In this document: positions 1 to 16,600 of the stretch, in pieces
Numbering within the stretch: position 1 is the first letter of the stretch
Layout: the number at the start of each line of letters is the position of its first letter
DNA from: Escherichia coli
GTDB taxonomy: Bacteria > Pseudomonadota > Gammaproteobacteria > Enterobacterales > Enterobacteriaceae
Length of the DNA: 64,000 bases
NCBI RefSeq assembly: GCF_965641715.1
Contig: NZ_OZ282453.1
Strand: one strand, 5' to 3'
The notes under the pieces: generated by a model
What the model saw: the letters and a program-made list of their open reading frames with translations, nothing else
The model's database searches: none
What the model was told of the DNA's origin: nothing
Translations under genes and position numbers: made by a program

Positions 1-5535
<5,535 letters not shown>

Positions 5536-7185
5536 GTGAACTGGCGCAGAATCGTCTGGCTATTGGCGTTGGTTACTCTGCCAACGCTTGCGGAGGAGAC
5601 GCCGTTACAACTGGCGCTGCGCGGTGCGCAGCACGATCAACTGTATCAGCTGTCGTCATCAGGCGTGACCAAAGTCTCAGCATTACCTGACACGCTCACC
5701 ACGCCGTTAGGGAGTTTATGGAAACTGTATGTTTACGCCTGGCTGGAGGATACCCATCAACCGGAGCAGCCCTACCAGTGTCGCGGAAACTCCCCGGAAG
5801 AGGTTTATTGTTGTCAGGCTGGGGAGAGCATAACGCGCGATACCGCGCTGGTACGTTCCTGTGGGCTCTATTTTGCGCCGCAGCGGTTGCATATTGGGGC
5901 AGATGTGTGGGGGCAATACTGGCAACAGCGTCAGGCACCTGCGTGGTTAGCGTCTCTTTCTACGCTGAAGCCAGAAACCTCGGTAACGGTTAAATCGCTG
6001 CTTGATTCATTAGCGACGTTACCTGCGCAAAACAAAGCTCAGGAAGTCTTACTGGATGTGGTGCTGGACGAGGCGAAAATCGGTGTCGCATCTATGCTCG
6101 GTAGTCGGGTACGGGTGAAAACCTGGTGCTGGTTTGCCGATGATAAACAGGAAATCCGTCAAGGTGGTTTTGCTGGCTGGTTAACCGATGGTACACCGCT
6201 GTGGGTGACTGGCAGTGGCACCAGCAAAACGGTACTGACCCGTTATGCGACGGTGCTTAATCGGGTTTTGCCAGTGCCGACGCAAGTTGCCAGTGGGCAA
6301 TGTGTAGAGGTGGAGCTATTTGCGCGCTATCCGCTGAAGAAAATCACAGCGGAGAAGAGTACGACGGCAGTAAAACCCGGCGTACTTAATGGGCGCTATC
6401 GTGTGACGTTTGCCAATGGTAACCACATTACGTTTGTCAGCCACGGTGAGACGACCTTACTGAGCGAAAAGGGCAAACTGAAATTGCAGTCGCATCTCGA
6501 TCGTGAAGAGTATGTTGCCAGAGTTCTGGATCGCGAGGCGAAAAGTACGCCACCTGAGGCAGCGAAAGCCATGACCGTGGCGATACGCACTTTTTTACAG
6601 CAAAACGCCAATCGGGAAGGCGATTGCCTGACCATCCCTGACAGCAGCGCCACGCAGCGTGTTTCGGCTTCGCCAGCGACCACGGGGGCGCGAACGATGA
6701 CCGCCTGGACGCAGGATCTCATCTATGCGGGCGATCCGGTTCATTATCACGGCAGTCGCGCTACCGAAGGGACGCTTTCCTGGCAGCAAGCCACGGCCCA
6801 GGCGGGGCAGGGGGAGCGTTACGACCAGATACTCGCGTTTGCTTATCCCGACAACAGCCTTAGCCGCTGGGGAGCGCCACGCTCAACCTGTCAGTTATTA
6901 CCCAAAGCGAAAGCCTGGCTGGCGAAAAAAATGCCGCAGTGGCGGCATATATTACAAGGCGAGACGGGGTACAACGAACCAGACGTGTTTGCGGTCTGTC
7001 GTTTAGTCTCAGGTTTCCCCTATACCGATCGGCAGCAGAAACGGCTGTTTATTCGTAACTTCTTTACGCTTCAGGATCGGCTGGATTTAACCCATGAGTA
7101 TCTGCACCTGGCCTTTGATGGTTATCCTACCGGGCTTGATGAGAACTATATCGAAACGCTGACCCGACAATTATTAATGGACTAA
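5536..7185 (+). CDS. yfaQ: DUF2300-family secreted protein YfaQ
   Basis: 549-aa ORF starting at GTG immediately after the yfaS stop (TAA-GTG); N-terminal signal peptide (LLALVTLPTLA/EE). Confidence 0.85.
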   Translation: MNWRRIVWLLALVTLPTLAEETPLQLALRGAQHDQLYQLSSSGVTKVSALPDTLTTPLGSLWKLYVYAWLEDTHQPEQPYQCRGNSPEEVYCCQAGESITRDTALVRSCGLYFAPQRLHIGADVWGQYWQQRQAPAWLASLSTLKPETSVTVKSLLDSLATLPAQNKAQEVLLDVVLDEAKIGVASMLGSRVRVKTWCWFADDKQEIRQGGFAGWLTDGTPLWVTGSGTSKTVLTRYATVLNRVLPVPTQVASGQCVEVELFARYPLKKITAEKSTTAVKPGVLNGRYRVTFANGNHITFVSHGETTLLSEKGKLKLQSHLDREEYVARVLDREAKSTPPEAAKAMTVAIRTFLQQNANREGDCLTIPDSSATQRVSASPATTGARTMTAWTQDLIYAGDPVHYHGSRATEGTLSWQQATAQAGQGERYDQILAFAYPDNSLSRWGAPRSTCQLLPKAKAWLAKKMPQWRHILQGETGYNEPDVFAVCRLVSGFPYTDRQQKRLFIRNFFTLQDRLDLTHEYLHLAFDGYPTGLDENYIETLTRQLLMD

Positions 7186-7189
7186 TGCT

Positions 7190-7966
7190 ATGCGAAAGAT
7201 TTTTCTTCCGTTGTTACTGGTGGCGCTTTCGCCTGTCGCTCACAGTGAAGGTGTGCAGGAAGTCGAGATTGACGCACCGCTCTCAGGCTGGCATCCGGCA
7301 GAGGGCGAAGATGCCAGTTTTTCACAATCGATCAATTACCCGGCGTCGTCCGTCAACATGGCAGATGATCAAAATATCTCAGCGCAGATCCACGGCAAAA
7401 TAAAGAATTATGCTGCGGCGGGTAAAGTTCAGCAGGGCCGGCTGGTGGTCAACGGTGCCAGTATGCCGCAGAGAGTTGAATCCGATGGTTCATTTGCACG
7501 CCCTTATATTTTCACTGAAGGCAGCAACAGCGTGCAGGTCATCAGCCCGGATGGGCAAAGCCGACAAAAAATGCAGTTTTACTCAACGCCGGGTACAGGA
7601 ACGATTCGTGCACGTTTACGGCTGGTTCTCTCGTGGGATACGGACAATACCGATCTCGATCTCCATGTTGTCACGCCCGATGGAGAACACGCCTGGTACG
7701 GTAACACCGTGCTGAAAAACAGTGGTGCACTGGATATGGATGTCACGACGGGGTATGGACCCGAGATTTTCGCCATGCCAGCGCCAGTTCACGGGCGCTA
7801 TCAGGTGTATATCAACTACTATGGTGGGCGCAGCGAAACGGAATTAACCACCGCCCAACTGACGCTGATCACCGATGAAGGATCGGTCAATGAGAAACAG
7901 GAAACATTTATTGTACCGATGCGTAATGCTGGCGAGCTGACGCTGGTGAAAAGTTTTGACTGGTGA
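7190..7966 (+). CDS. yfaP: DUF2135-family secreted protein YfaP
   Basis: 258-aa ORF, ATG 4 nt after the yfaQ stop; signal peptide (LLLVALSPVAHS/EG). Confidence 0.85.
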   Translation: MRKIFLPLLLVALSPVAHSEGVQEVEIDAPLSGWHPAEGEDASFSQSINYPASSVNMADDQNISAQIHGKIKNYAAAGKVQQGRLVVNGASMPQRVESDGSFARPYIFTEGSNSVQVISPDGQSRQKMQFYSTPGTGTIRARLRLVLSWDTDNTDLDLHVVTPDGEHAWYGNTVLKNSGALDMDVTTGYGPEIFAMPAPVHGRYQVYINYYGGRSETELTTAQLTLITDEGSVNEKQETFIVPMRNAGELTLVKSFDW

Positions 7967-8020
7967 TCCATCCCTTCACACAACCTGGCTCTTTCTTTTT
8001 TCAGATAAGACTGCTGGGCG

Positions 8021-8082
8021 ATCTGCCGACGCCAGGATATAACCATTAACAAGCGTCGGCAGATTGGTCATTTCTTTTTTTT
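8021..8082 (+). terminator. Candidate intrinsic terminator of the yfa operon
   Basis: Perfect 12-bp inverted repeat ATCTGCCGACGC / GCGTCGGCAGAT (8021-8032 and 8053-8064) followed by a T-rich run (8071-8082), about 55 bp after the yfaP stop. Confidence 0.45.
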
Positions 8083-8240
8083 CGTACTGAGAACTGTCCA
8101 TTTACTCCGGCTTTCCTGGTTAAGGCAATGGTTTCTAAGCGATACGCATTATTGCAATGGTGACAGAACATTGCGGTAACACGCTTTTACCGCTACCTTA
8201 ACCACACTCCATCGGTCACCTGAGGCGGAGCTTCGCCCCT

Positions 8241-11090
8241 TTGAAATACCTTGCTTCTTTTCGTACAACCCTGAAAGCCTCGCGCTACATGTTCAGAGCA
8301 TTGGCGTTAGTGCTCTGGCTGTTGATTGCTTTTTCATCCGTTTTTTACATCGTTAATGCGTTACATCAGCGAGAATCGGAAATTCGTCAGGAATTTAATC
8401 TGAGTTCCGATCAGGCTCAGCGCTTTATTCAACGCACCTCTGATGTGATGAAAGAGCTGAAGTACATCGCTGAAAATCGCTTATCGGCAGAAAACGGTGT
8501 GCTTTCCCCGCGTGGACGAGAAACGCAGGCGGATGTGCCTGCGTTTGAACCGCTGTTTGCCGACTCCGATTGTTCCGCAATGAGTAACACCTGGCGAGGT
8601 TCTCTGGAGTCATTGGCGTGGTTTATGCGCTACTGGCGCGATAATTTTTCTGCGGCTTACGATCTCAACCGGGTATTTTTAATCGGCAGCGATAACCTCT
8701 GCATGGCCAATTTCGGTCTGCGTGATATGCCAGTGGAACGCGATACCGCGTTGAAAGCGTTGCATGAACGCATCAATAAATATCGAAATGCACCACAAGA
8801 TGATAGCGGCAGTAACCTCTACTGGATCAGCGAAGGTCCGCGCCCTGGCGTCGGGTATTTTTACGCGTTGACGCCAGTTTATCTGGCGAACAGGTTGCAG
8901 GCGCTTTTGGGTGTCGAGCAGACCATCCGGATGGAGAATTTTTTCTTACCGGGTACGTTGCCGATGGGGGTTACCATTCTTGATGAAAATGGTCATACCC
9001 TGATTTCGCTTACCGGACCAGAAAGCAAAATTAAGGGCGATCCTCGCTGGATGCAGGAACGCTCCTGGTTTGGCTATACGGAAGGTTTCCGGGAGCTGGT
9101 GCTGAAGAAAAATCTGCCTCCCTCATCGCTAAGCATCGTTTATTCGGTGCCGGTTGATAAGGTGCTGGAACGCATTCGCATGTTGATCCTTAACGCAATT
9201 TTGCTGAATGTGCTTGCTGGAGCTGCATTGTTTACTCTCGCGCGGATGTACGAGCGGCGTATTTTCATTCCGGCGGAAAGCGATGCCCTGCGACTGGAAG
9301 AACATGAGCAGTTTAACCGCAAGATTGTCGCCTCCGCGCCAGTGGGTATCTGTATTTTGCGTACCGCAGATGGCGTCAATATTTTAAGTAACGAACTGGC
9401 GCATACCTATCTCAATATGCTTACGCATGAGGACCGCCAACGGCTGACACAAATTATCTGTGGGCAGCAGGTCAATTTTGTTGATGTCCTGACCAGCAAT
9501 AATACCAATCTGCAAATCAGCTTCGTCCATTCGCGCTATCGTAATGAAAACGTGGCCATTTGTGTGCTGGTGGATGTTTCTTCGCGCGTGAAGATGGAAG
9601 AGTCGTTGCAGGAGATGGCACAAGCAGCGGAACAGGCGAGCCAGTCAAAATCGATGTTCCTTGCCACCGTCAGTCATGAGCTGCGAACGCCGCTGTATGG
9701 CATTATCGGTAACCTGGATCTTTTGCAAACCAAAGAGTTACCGAAAGGCGTCGATCGTCTGGTGACGGCAATGAACAACTCTTCCAGCCTGTTGTTGAAA
9801 ATTATCAGCGATATTCTCGATTTCTCGAAGATTGAATCGGAACAGTTGAAGATCGAACCGCGTGAGTTTTCACCGCGTGAAGTGATGAACCACATCACCG
9901 CCAACTATTTACCGCTGGTGGTACGCAAGCAGTTAGGCTTGTACTGCTTTATTGAACCGGATGTGCCAGTGGCTTTAAATGGCGACCCGATGCGTTTACA
10001 GCAGGTCATCTCCAACCTGTTGAGTAACGCCATAAAATTCACCGATACCGGCTGTATAGTTTTGCATGTCCGCGCTGATGGCGATTATCTCTCTATCCGT
10101 GTTCGCGATACCGGCGTGGGGATTCCGGCGAAAGAAGTGGTGCGCTTGTTTGATCCCTTCTTCCAGGTCGGAACGGGCGTACAGCGAAACTTCCAGGGGA
10201 CCGGTCTGGGTCTGGCGATTTGTGAAAAACTGATCAGCATGATGGACGGCGACATCTCGGTAGATTCAGAACCGGGAATGGGCAGCCAGTTTACCGTGCG
10301 TATTCCGTTGTACGGCGCTCAGTACCCGCAGAAAAAAGGCGTGGAAGGGTTGAGTGGTAAACGCTGCTGGCTGGCGGTCCGCAATGCGTCGCTCTGTCAG
10401 TTCCTGGAAACCAGTTTGCAGCGCAGCGGCATCGTCGTTACAACATACGAAGGGCAGGAACCGACTCCCGAAGATGTGTTAATCACTGACGAGGTAGTGA
10501 GTAAAAAATGGCAGGGCAGAGCGGTAGTGACCTTCTGTCGTCGCCATATTGGTATTCCGCTGGAGAAAGCGCCAGGGGAGTGGGTACACAGTGTGGCTGC
10601 TCCGCATGAGCTACCGGCATTGTTGGCGCGTATTTATTTGATCGAGATGGAGAGCGACGATCCTGCTAACGCTCTGCCGTCGACGGACAAAGCGGTCAGC
10701 GATAATGACGATATGATGATTCTGGTCGTGGATGATCATCCGATTAACCGACGTCTGCTGGCAGATCAGTTGGGATCGTTGGGCTATCAATGTAAAACCG
10801 CGAATGATGGCGTCGATGCGCTTAATGTACTTAGCAAGAATCATATTGATATCGTGCTTAGCGACGTCAACATGCCAAATATGGATGGTTACCGCTTGAC
10901 GCAACGCATTCGTCAGTTGGGACTGACGTTGCCGGTAATTGGAGTAACGGCTAATGCGTTGGCTGAAGAGAAGCAGCGGTGTCTGGAGTCCGGTATGGAC
11001 AGCTGCCTGTCGAAGCCGGTAACGCTGGATGTGATAAAACAGACGCTGACGGTATATGCCGAGAGGGTCAGGAAATCGCGGGATTCGTAG
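8241..11090 (+). CDS. rcsC: Hybrid sensor histidine kinase RcsC
   Basis: 949-aa ORF, TTG start, MKYLASFRTTLKASRYMFRAL...; HisKA/HATPase and C-terminal receiver domain motifs; length matches RcsC. Confidence 0.95.
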   Translation: MKYLASFRTTLKASRYMFRALALVLWLLIAFSSVFYIVNALHQRESEIRQEFNLSSDQAQRFIQRTSDVMKELKYIAENRLSAENGVLSPRGRETQADVPAFEPLFADSDCSAMSNTWRGSLESLAWFMRYWRDNFSAAYDLNRVFLIGSDNLCMANFGLRDMPVERDTALKALHERINKYRNAPQDDSGSNLYWISEGPRPGVGYFYALTPVYLANRLQALLGVEQTIRMENFFLPGTLPMGVTILDENGHTLISLTGPESKIKGDPRWMQERSWFGYTEGFRELVLKKNLPPSSLSIVYSVPVDKVLERIRMLILNAILLNVLAGAALFTLARMYERRIFIPAESDALRLEEHEQFNRKIVASAPVGICILRTADGVNILSNELAHTYLNMLTHEDRQRLTQIICGQQVNFVDVLTSNNTNLQISFVHSRYRNENVAICVLVDVSSRVKMEESLQEMAQAAEQASQSKSMFLATVSHELRTPLYGIIGNLDLLQTKELPKGVDRLVTAMNNSSSLLLKIISDILDFSKIESEQLKIEPREFSPREVMNHITANYLPLVVRKQLGLYCFIEPDVPVALNGDPMRLQQVISNLLSNAIKFTDTGCIVLHVRADGDYLSIRVRDTGVGIPAKEVVRLFDPFFQVGTGVQRNFQGTGLGLAICEKLISMMDGDISVDSEPGMGSQFTVRIPLYGAQYPQKKGVEGLSGKRCWLAVRNASLCQFLETSLQRSGIVVTTYEGQEPTPEDVLITDEVVSKKWQGRAVVTFCRRHIGIPLEKAPGEWVHSVAAPHELPALLARIYLIEMESDDPANALPSTDKAVSDNDDMMILVVDDHPINRRLLADQLGSLGYQCKTANDGVDALNVLSKNHIDIVLSDVNMPNMDGYRLTQRIRQLGLTLPVIGVTANALAEEKQRCLESGMDSCLSKPVTLDVIKQTLTVYAERVRKSRDS

Positions 11091-11290
11091 GACGGATAAG
11101 GCGTTTACGCCGCATCCGGCATTCAGTGCAAATGCCAGATGCGACGCTGACGCGTCTTATCTGGCCTACTTTAATGTAATCTGTTGAAATAATGGGATTC
11201 GTAGGACGGATAAGGCGTTTACGCCGCATCCGGCAATCGGTGCAAATGCCAGATAAGACACTAACGCGTCTTATCTGGCCTACAGGTGAT
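11078..11290. repeat. REP/BIME elements, two direct copies of a ~114-bp unit
   Basis: GGGATTCGTAGGACGGATAAGGCGTTTACGCCGCATCCGGCA... occurs at 11080 and 11194; each unit holds a pair of inverted REP palindromes (GCCGGATGCGGCGT / GACGCGTCTTATCTGGCCTAC). Confidence 0.8.
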
Positions 11291-11940
11291 TAGTCTTTAT
11301 CTGCCGGACTTAACGTCACTGAAGAGAGATAATTCAGCAGGGCGATATCGTTCTCGACACCCAGCTTCATCATCGCAGATTTCTTCTGGCTACTGATGGT
11401 TTTAATACTACGGTTCAGCTTTTTAGCGATCTCGGTCACCAGGAAGCCTTCCGCAAACAAGCGCAGAACTTCACTCTCTTTTGGCGAGAGACGTTTGTCA
11501 CCGTAACCTCCAGCACTGATTTTTTCCAACAGGCGAGAAACGCTTTCCGGGGTAAATTTCTTTCCTTTTTGCAGCGCGGCGAGGGCTTTCGGCAGATCGG
11601 TCGGTGCACCTTGTTTCAGCACGATCCCTTCGATATCCAGATCCAATACCGCACTAAGAATCGCCGGGTTGTTGTTCATGGTCAGAACAATAATCGACAG
11701 GCTTGGGAAATGGCGCTTGATGTACTTGATTAAGGTAATGCCATCGCCGTACTTATCGCCAGGCATGGAGAGATCGGTAATCAACACATGCGCATCCAGT
11801 TTCGGCAGGTTGTTGATCAGTGCTGTAGAGTCTTCAAATTCGCCGACAACATTCACCCACTCAATTTGCTCAAGTGATTTGCGAATACCGAACAAGACTA
11901 TCGGATGGTCATCGGCAATAATTACGTTCATATTGTTCAT
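11290..11940 (-). CDS. rcsB: Response regulator RcsB (LuxR/FixJ family)
   Basis: ORF 11290-11985 trimmed to ATG at 11940 (MNNMNVIIADDHPIVLFGIRKSL..., 216 aa); receiver plus HTH domains. Confidence 0.95.
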   Translation of the reverse strand: MNNMNVIIADDHPIVLFGIRKSLEQIEWVNVVGEFEDSTALINNLPKLDAHVLITDLSMPGDKYGDGITLIKYIKRHFPSLSIIVLTMNNNPAILSAVLDLDIEGIVLKQGAPTDLPKALAALQKGKKFTPESVSRLLEKISAGGYGDKRLSPKESEVLRLFAEGFLVTEIAKKLNRSIKTISSQKKSAMMKLGVENDIALLNYLSSVTLSPADKD

Positions 11941-11956
11941 GTAATAGGCTACCTTG

Positions 11957-14629
11957 CTACAGCAAGCTCTTGACATAACTGTCAATGTCGCTGATGTATT
12001 TTTCTATTCCTGGAACATCCTTCTCACGAATCAGATGTTCCAGCGTTTCACATAACTGCTTGCCGGGTACCAGATTTAGCATGGCAAATACGCCTTTAAG
12101 ACGATGAGCCGTTTGGGCTAACGCAGCAAAGTCACTGGTTGCTGCTTCAGTATACAGCCTCTTAACATCATCCGGTACTGTGTCTACAAAGAGCGCATAA
12201 TAGCCGCTGGCATGGAGTTGCGCATTTTCATCTCCGCCCAGAGGCGATTCTGTCACCTCTTCCTGCGCCAGTTGCACTTCAATTAATTGTAAGACCGCTT
12301 CCTGCATAGCGTTGCTCATATTGAAGTTGACGCACAATTGACCAGGCCCAATTTCCCGTACGCCAGACTCATCATCGCTTAAAAGCAAGCCAGAGGCAGT
12401 AAGATTAGACGGATTATCCGTTAAAAAGATATCATAATCTTGACTAATTAATCTTTCATCGGGTGTGATACAGGTTGCACCCCAATTTTCTAACTGGCGA
12501 GTGACAATATTCCGAATTTCTGCCGAAGTAACATCCACCATTACGCAGACATCATCCAGTAAACGCTCTTCTTCCTCTTCAACTTCCGGGTCAGCTGCGA
12601 GCATTTTGATATGCACAGAGTAGCGTGTACCAAGCCCATCCCGCGTTTTGATGTTTAAATGACCGCCCAGTTTACGTGCCAGTTGATCGCTCAGCCAGAA
12701 TGCCAGCGGGTCCGCCTTGCCATAGCGATCGTTTTGGGTCTGGTTGATAAACGGGAAGTGCAAATTATCCATTTCATGAATGCTTACGCCTTCTCCGGTG
12801 TCCAGAATGCGGAACGTCAGGCGGTCTTCGGAGGACTCATCCTGATCAACCTCAAGGGTGATTTTTCCCAATTGCGTTGAGGTCACGGCATATTGCATCA
12901 GTAGCAGCAAAATACGTCGTAAGGCATCGCGATCGCCGCGGCGCATATCGTGTGCTTTCAGATGATTGTTAATCAGCAGTTGCAGACCTTTACGCTTGAT
13001 GGCAGGCAACACTGAAGGCACAACTTCATCAATTAAATCCTGCACGGAGAACAGCACCGTCTCACTTTTCCAGCTATCGTCCGCAAGCATGTTCGCTAAC
13101 TGTATTTCATCGACCAGCCGCACCAGCACATCTGCCTGATTCGCCAGTTGTTTGCTTTCCGGGGCGTTGAGTTTAGCCGCGCTCTCCGCCAGGGACTGTG
13201 CAGGTTCTTTCAGCGCATCGCCAATGTTTTTCATAAAGGTCATCCGCCCCTGCTGGTTTTTCTCATACAGACGCTGCGCCTGCTTGAGTTTCTTGTTTAC
13301 CAGCACTTCGCGATCCTGATCGCGAATAATGAAAATTTGTGTGCGCGGCGCGACCTGGCTGCGGAACATGCGGATCTCATACAGCTCGTTATTGATCGTC
13401 GCCTGAATAATCCCCTGATGCTGTTCCGCCATGGTGGTGATGTTTTGCAGATTCAAATGCGGCAGCAAATGATCGGCAATTTTGTTACTTATGACAGTGC
13501 GGTTCGATTCCTGATCGTGAACCAGCAGGCCGAGCGGCAGCAGTGAGACTATCTCTTCATTGATTGCCCGTAAAATGCGCAATTCGTTATTGACCGCCGT
13601 GTTGGGTAGACTTTCTGTACTGCGACTGGAGAAATGGCGGAATGTGGTATAGCCAAATAACGCCAGCGCCAGCAAACCGATGTTCAGCAGCAGTGGCAGC
13701 AGAATGTTTTGCAACGTATCCAGCAATAAGGTGCCATAAGGAACCTGCCAGACCAGTCGCATATCGGTAGAGTTGAGTGCCGAGGAGATTTCAATCTTCG
13801 TACTGTTAAAGTGGATACTGACGCTATCCGTCCCTTCTTTCTCATTATCATTGTCTCCCGTTGCCGTCGCGTCTGGCTCAAGGCGGAAACTGTCCAGCGG
13901 CATACCCGGTGGGATCAAATCATTAATCGGCAGATCAAAAGCCACGACCGTTGCCAGATGTCCCGGCTGGTTAAAGGTGGTACGCAAGGTAAAGTAATGA
14001 CCGTTCTGCCAGGCCAGGCGGCGCATGTTAGAAAAACTTTCGCGTTCATCGAGGGCGTTGGCCTGTTGCAACATCTCTGCACGACGTGAATCAACAATGT
14101 CACTGACGGTCGATTCTTTAAATCCGGAGGTGAGATCTTTGAGGGGCAGGGTTGAGATCAGCACCAGACTGTTATCCTGACCATTCAGGTAATACATTGA
14201 CCACGGTACATTTTCTGCGCCCCACAATGTGTCCAGATAGGTGGACATCCGTTGAGTCATCTCAAGCGTTGAGTTGTCGTGAGAGCCAAAGATTAACGCT
14301 TCCGTTTTGCGGCGCGGTTTTTCCAGATAGTAGACATCTTGTTTCAGGCGCGTCTCTTGTAAACCTTCGCCGGAGGAGGGGGAGGTCGTCGCGGCAATGT
14401 TGTCGTAGATCTGCCAGGTCACGTAACGCCAGGTATCGACGCGCTTTTGGATAGCGTGGGTAATGTCGACAATCTGGTAACTTTTATCTTTCAGCCAGGC
14501 GTTAACGGCGCTTTGTACCATTACACCCATCGTCACCAGTAACACAATGATCAACAGTAAAAAGAAGCGGGTAATGCTCCCCGGTAGGAGTGAAAAGCGG
14601 GTCGTGGCCGTTGTCTCTTTCTGACGCAT
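11957..14629 (-). CDS. rcsD: Phosphotransfer intermediate protein RcsD
   Basis: 890-aa ORF, MRQKETTATTRFSLLPGSITRFF...; membrane-anchored sensor-like protein with C-terminal HPt domain; stop 16 bp upstream of the rcsB start. Confidence 0.95.
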   Translation of the reverse strand: MRQKETTATTRFSLLPGSITRFFLLLIIVLLVTMGVMVQSAVNAWLKDKSYQIVDITHAIQKRVDTWRYVTWQIYDNIAATTSPSSGEGLQETRLKQDVYYLEKPRRKTEALIFGSHDNSTLEMTQRMSTYLDTLWGAENVPWSMYYLNGQDNSLVLISTLPLKDLTSGFKESTVSDIVDSRRAEMLQQANALDERESFSNMRRLAWQNGHYFTLRTTFNQPGHLATVVAFDLPINDLIPPGMPLDSFRLEPDATATGDNDNEKEGTDSVSIHFNSTKIEISSALNSTDMRLVWQVPYGTLLLDTLQNILLPLLLNIGLLALALFGYTTFRHFSSRSTESLPNTAVNNELRILRAINEEIVSLLPLGLLVHDQESNRTVISNKIADHLLPHLNLQNITTMAEQHQGIIQATINNELYEIRMFRSQVAPRTQIFIIRDQDREVLVNKKLKQAQRLYEKNQQGRMTFMKNIGDALKEPAQSLAESAAKLNAPESKQLANQADVLVRLVDEIQLANMLADDSWKSETVLFSVQDLIDEVVPSVLPAIKRKGLQLLINNHLKAHDMRRGDRDALRRILLLLMQYAVTSTQLGKITLEVDQDESSEDRLTFRILDTGEGVSIHEMDNLHFPFINQTQNDRYGKADPLAFWLSDQLARKLGGHLNIKTRDGLGTRYSVHIKMLAADPEVEEEEERLLDDVCVMVDVTSAEIRNIVTRQLENWGATCITPDERLISQDYDIFLTDNPSNLTASGLLLSDDESGVREIGPGQLCVNFNMSNAMQEAVLQLIEVQLAQEEVTESPLGGDENAQLHASGYYALFVDTVPDDVKRLYTEAATSDFAALAQTAHRLKGVFAMLNLVPGKQLCETLEHLIREKDVPGIEKYISDIDSYVKSLL

Positions 14630-14940
14630 TCGTGTTTATGACCTGTTAAAACTTCGCGAAGTGATAGGGCAGTATAAAGGGTACAGTGTGAAATTCCAGA
14701 CTCTTACCTGATTGATGATTCTCTATTCTCCTGTGATATTTATCATCCTGTATGGGGGGAAATAGATGTACAAGCGCCATTTTGCTGTACAAATAACCTA
14801 CGAAAAGCCCAACGAAATTAATTGCAAATAAACGAAAATTGCTGGAAATTATGCTGATGTTAATTATTTGTGAAATAGTTAACAAGCGTTATAGTTTTTC
14901 TGTGGTAGCACAGAATAATGAAAAGTGTGTAAAGAAGGGT

Positions 14941-15033
14941 AAAAAAAACCGGATGCGAGGCATCCGGTTGAAATAGGGGTAAACAGACATTCAGAAATGA
15001 ATGACGGTAATAAATAAAGTTAATGATGATAGC
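14941..15033 (-). ncRNA. micF: MicF small regulatory RNA (antisense regulator of ompF), divergent from ompC
   Basis: Minus strand reads GCTATCATCATTAACTTTATTTATTACCGTCATTCATTTCTGAATGTCTGTTTACCCCTATTTCAACCGGATGCCTCGCATCCGG + U-run, which matches MicF as I recall it, ending in a terminator hairpin. Confidence 0.9.
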
Positions 15034-15188
15034 GGGAGTTATTCTAGTTGCGAGTGAAGGTTTTGTTTTGACATTCAGTGCTGTCAAATACTTAAGAATA
15101 AGTTATTGATTTTAACCTTGAATTATTATTGCTTGATGTTAGGTGCTTATTTCGCCATTCCGCAATAATCTTAAAAAGTTCCCTTGAA

Positions 15189-15300
15189 TTTACATTTTGA
15201 AACATCTATAGCGATAAATGAAACATCTTAAAAGTTTTAGTATCATATTCGTGTTGGATTATTCTGCATTTTTGGGGAGAATGGACTTGCCGACTGATTA
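15189..15300 (+). promoter_or_regulatory. ompC promoter region with OmpR-binding boxes
   Basis: TTTACATTTTGAAACATCTATAGCGATAAATGAAACATCTTAAAAGTTTTAGTATCATATTCGTGTTGG: repeated GAAACATCT motifs typical of the OmpR C1-C3 boxes upstream of ompC. Confidence 0.75.
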
Positions 15301-15352
15301 ATGAGGGTTAATCAGTATGCAGTGGCATAAAAAAGCAAATAAAGGCATATAA

Positions 15353-16489
<1,137 letters not shown>

Positions 16490-16507
16490 TCTCGATTGAT
16501 ATCGAAC

Positions 16508-16531
16508 AAAGGGCCTGCGGGCCCTTTTTTC
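16508..16531 (+). terminator. ompC intrinsic terminator
   Basis: AAAGGGCCTGCGGGCCCTTTTTT hairpin plus T-run, about 20 bp after the ompC stop. Confidence 0.85.
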
Positions 16532-16600
16532 ATTGTTTTCAGCGTACAAACTCAGTTTTTTGGTGTACTCTTGCGACCGTTCGCATGAGGATAATCACGT

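Noticed and set aside
10979-11179. 66-codon ORF spanning the rcsC 3' end and the REP elements
   Set aside because: It overlaps rcsC out of frame and continues into palindromic REP sequence; an artefact of repeat translation.
13148-13546. 132-codon plus-strand ORF inside rcsD on the opposite strand, and others at 12659-12880 and 13811-14089
   Set aside because: They overlap the rcsD CDS in antisense; no start-site context or recognisable motifs.
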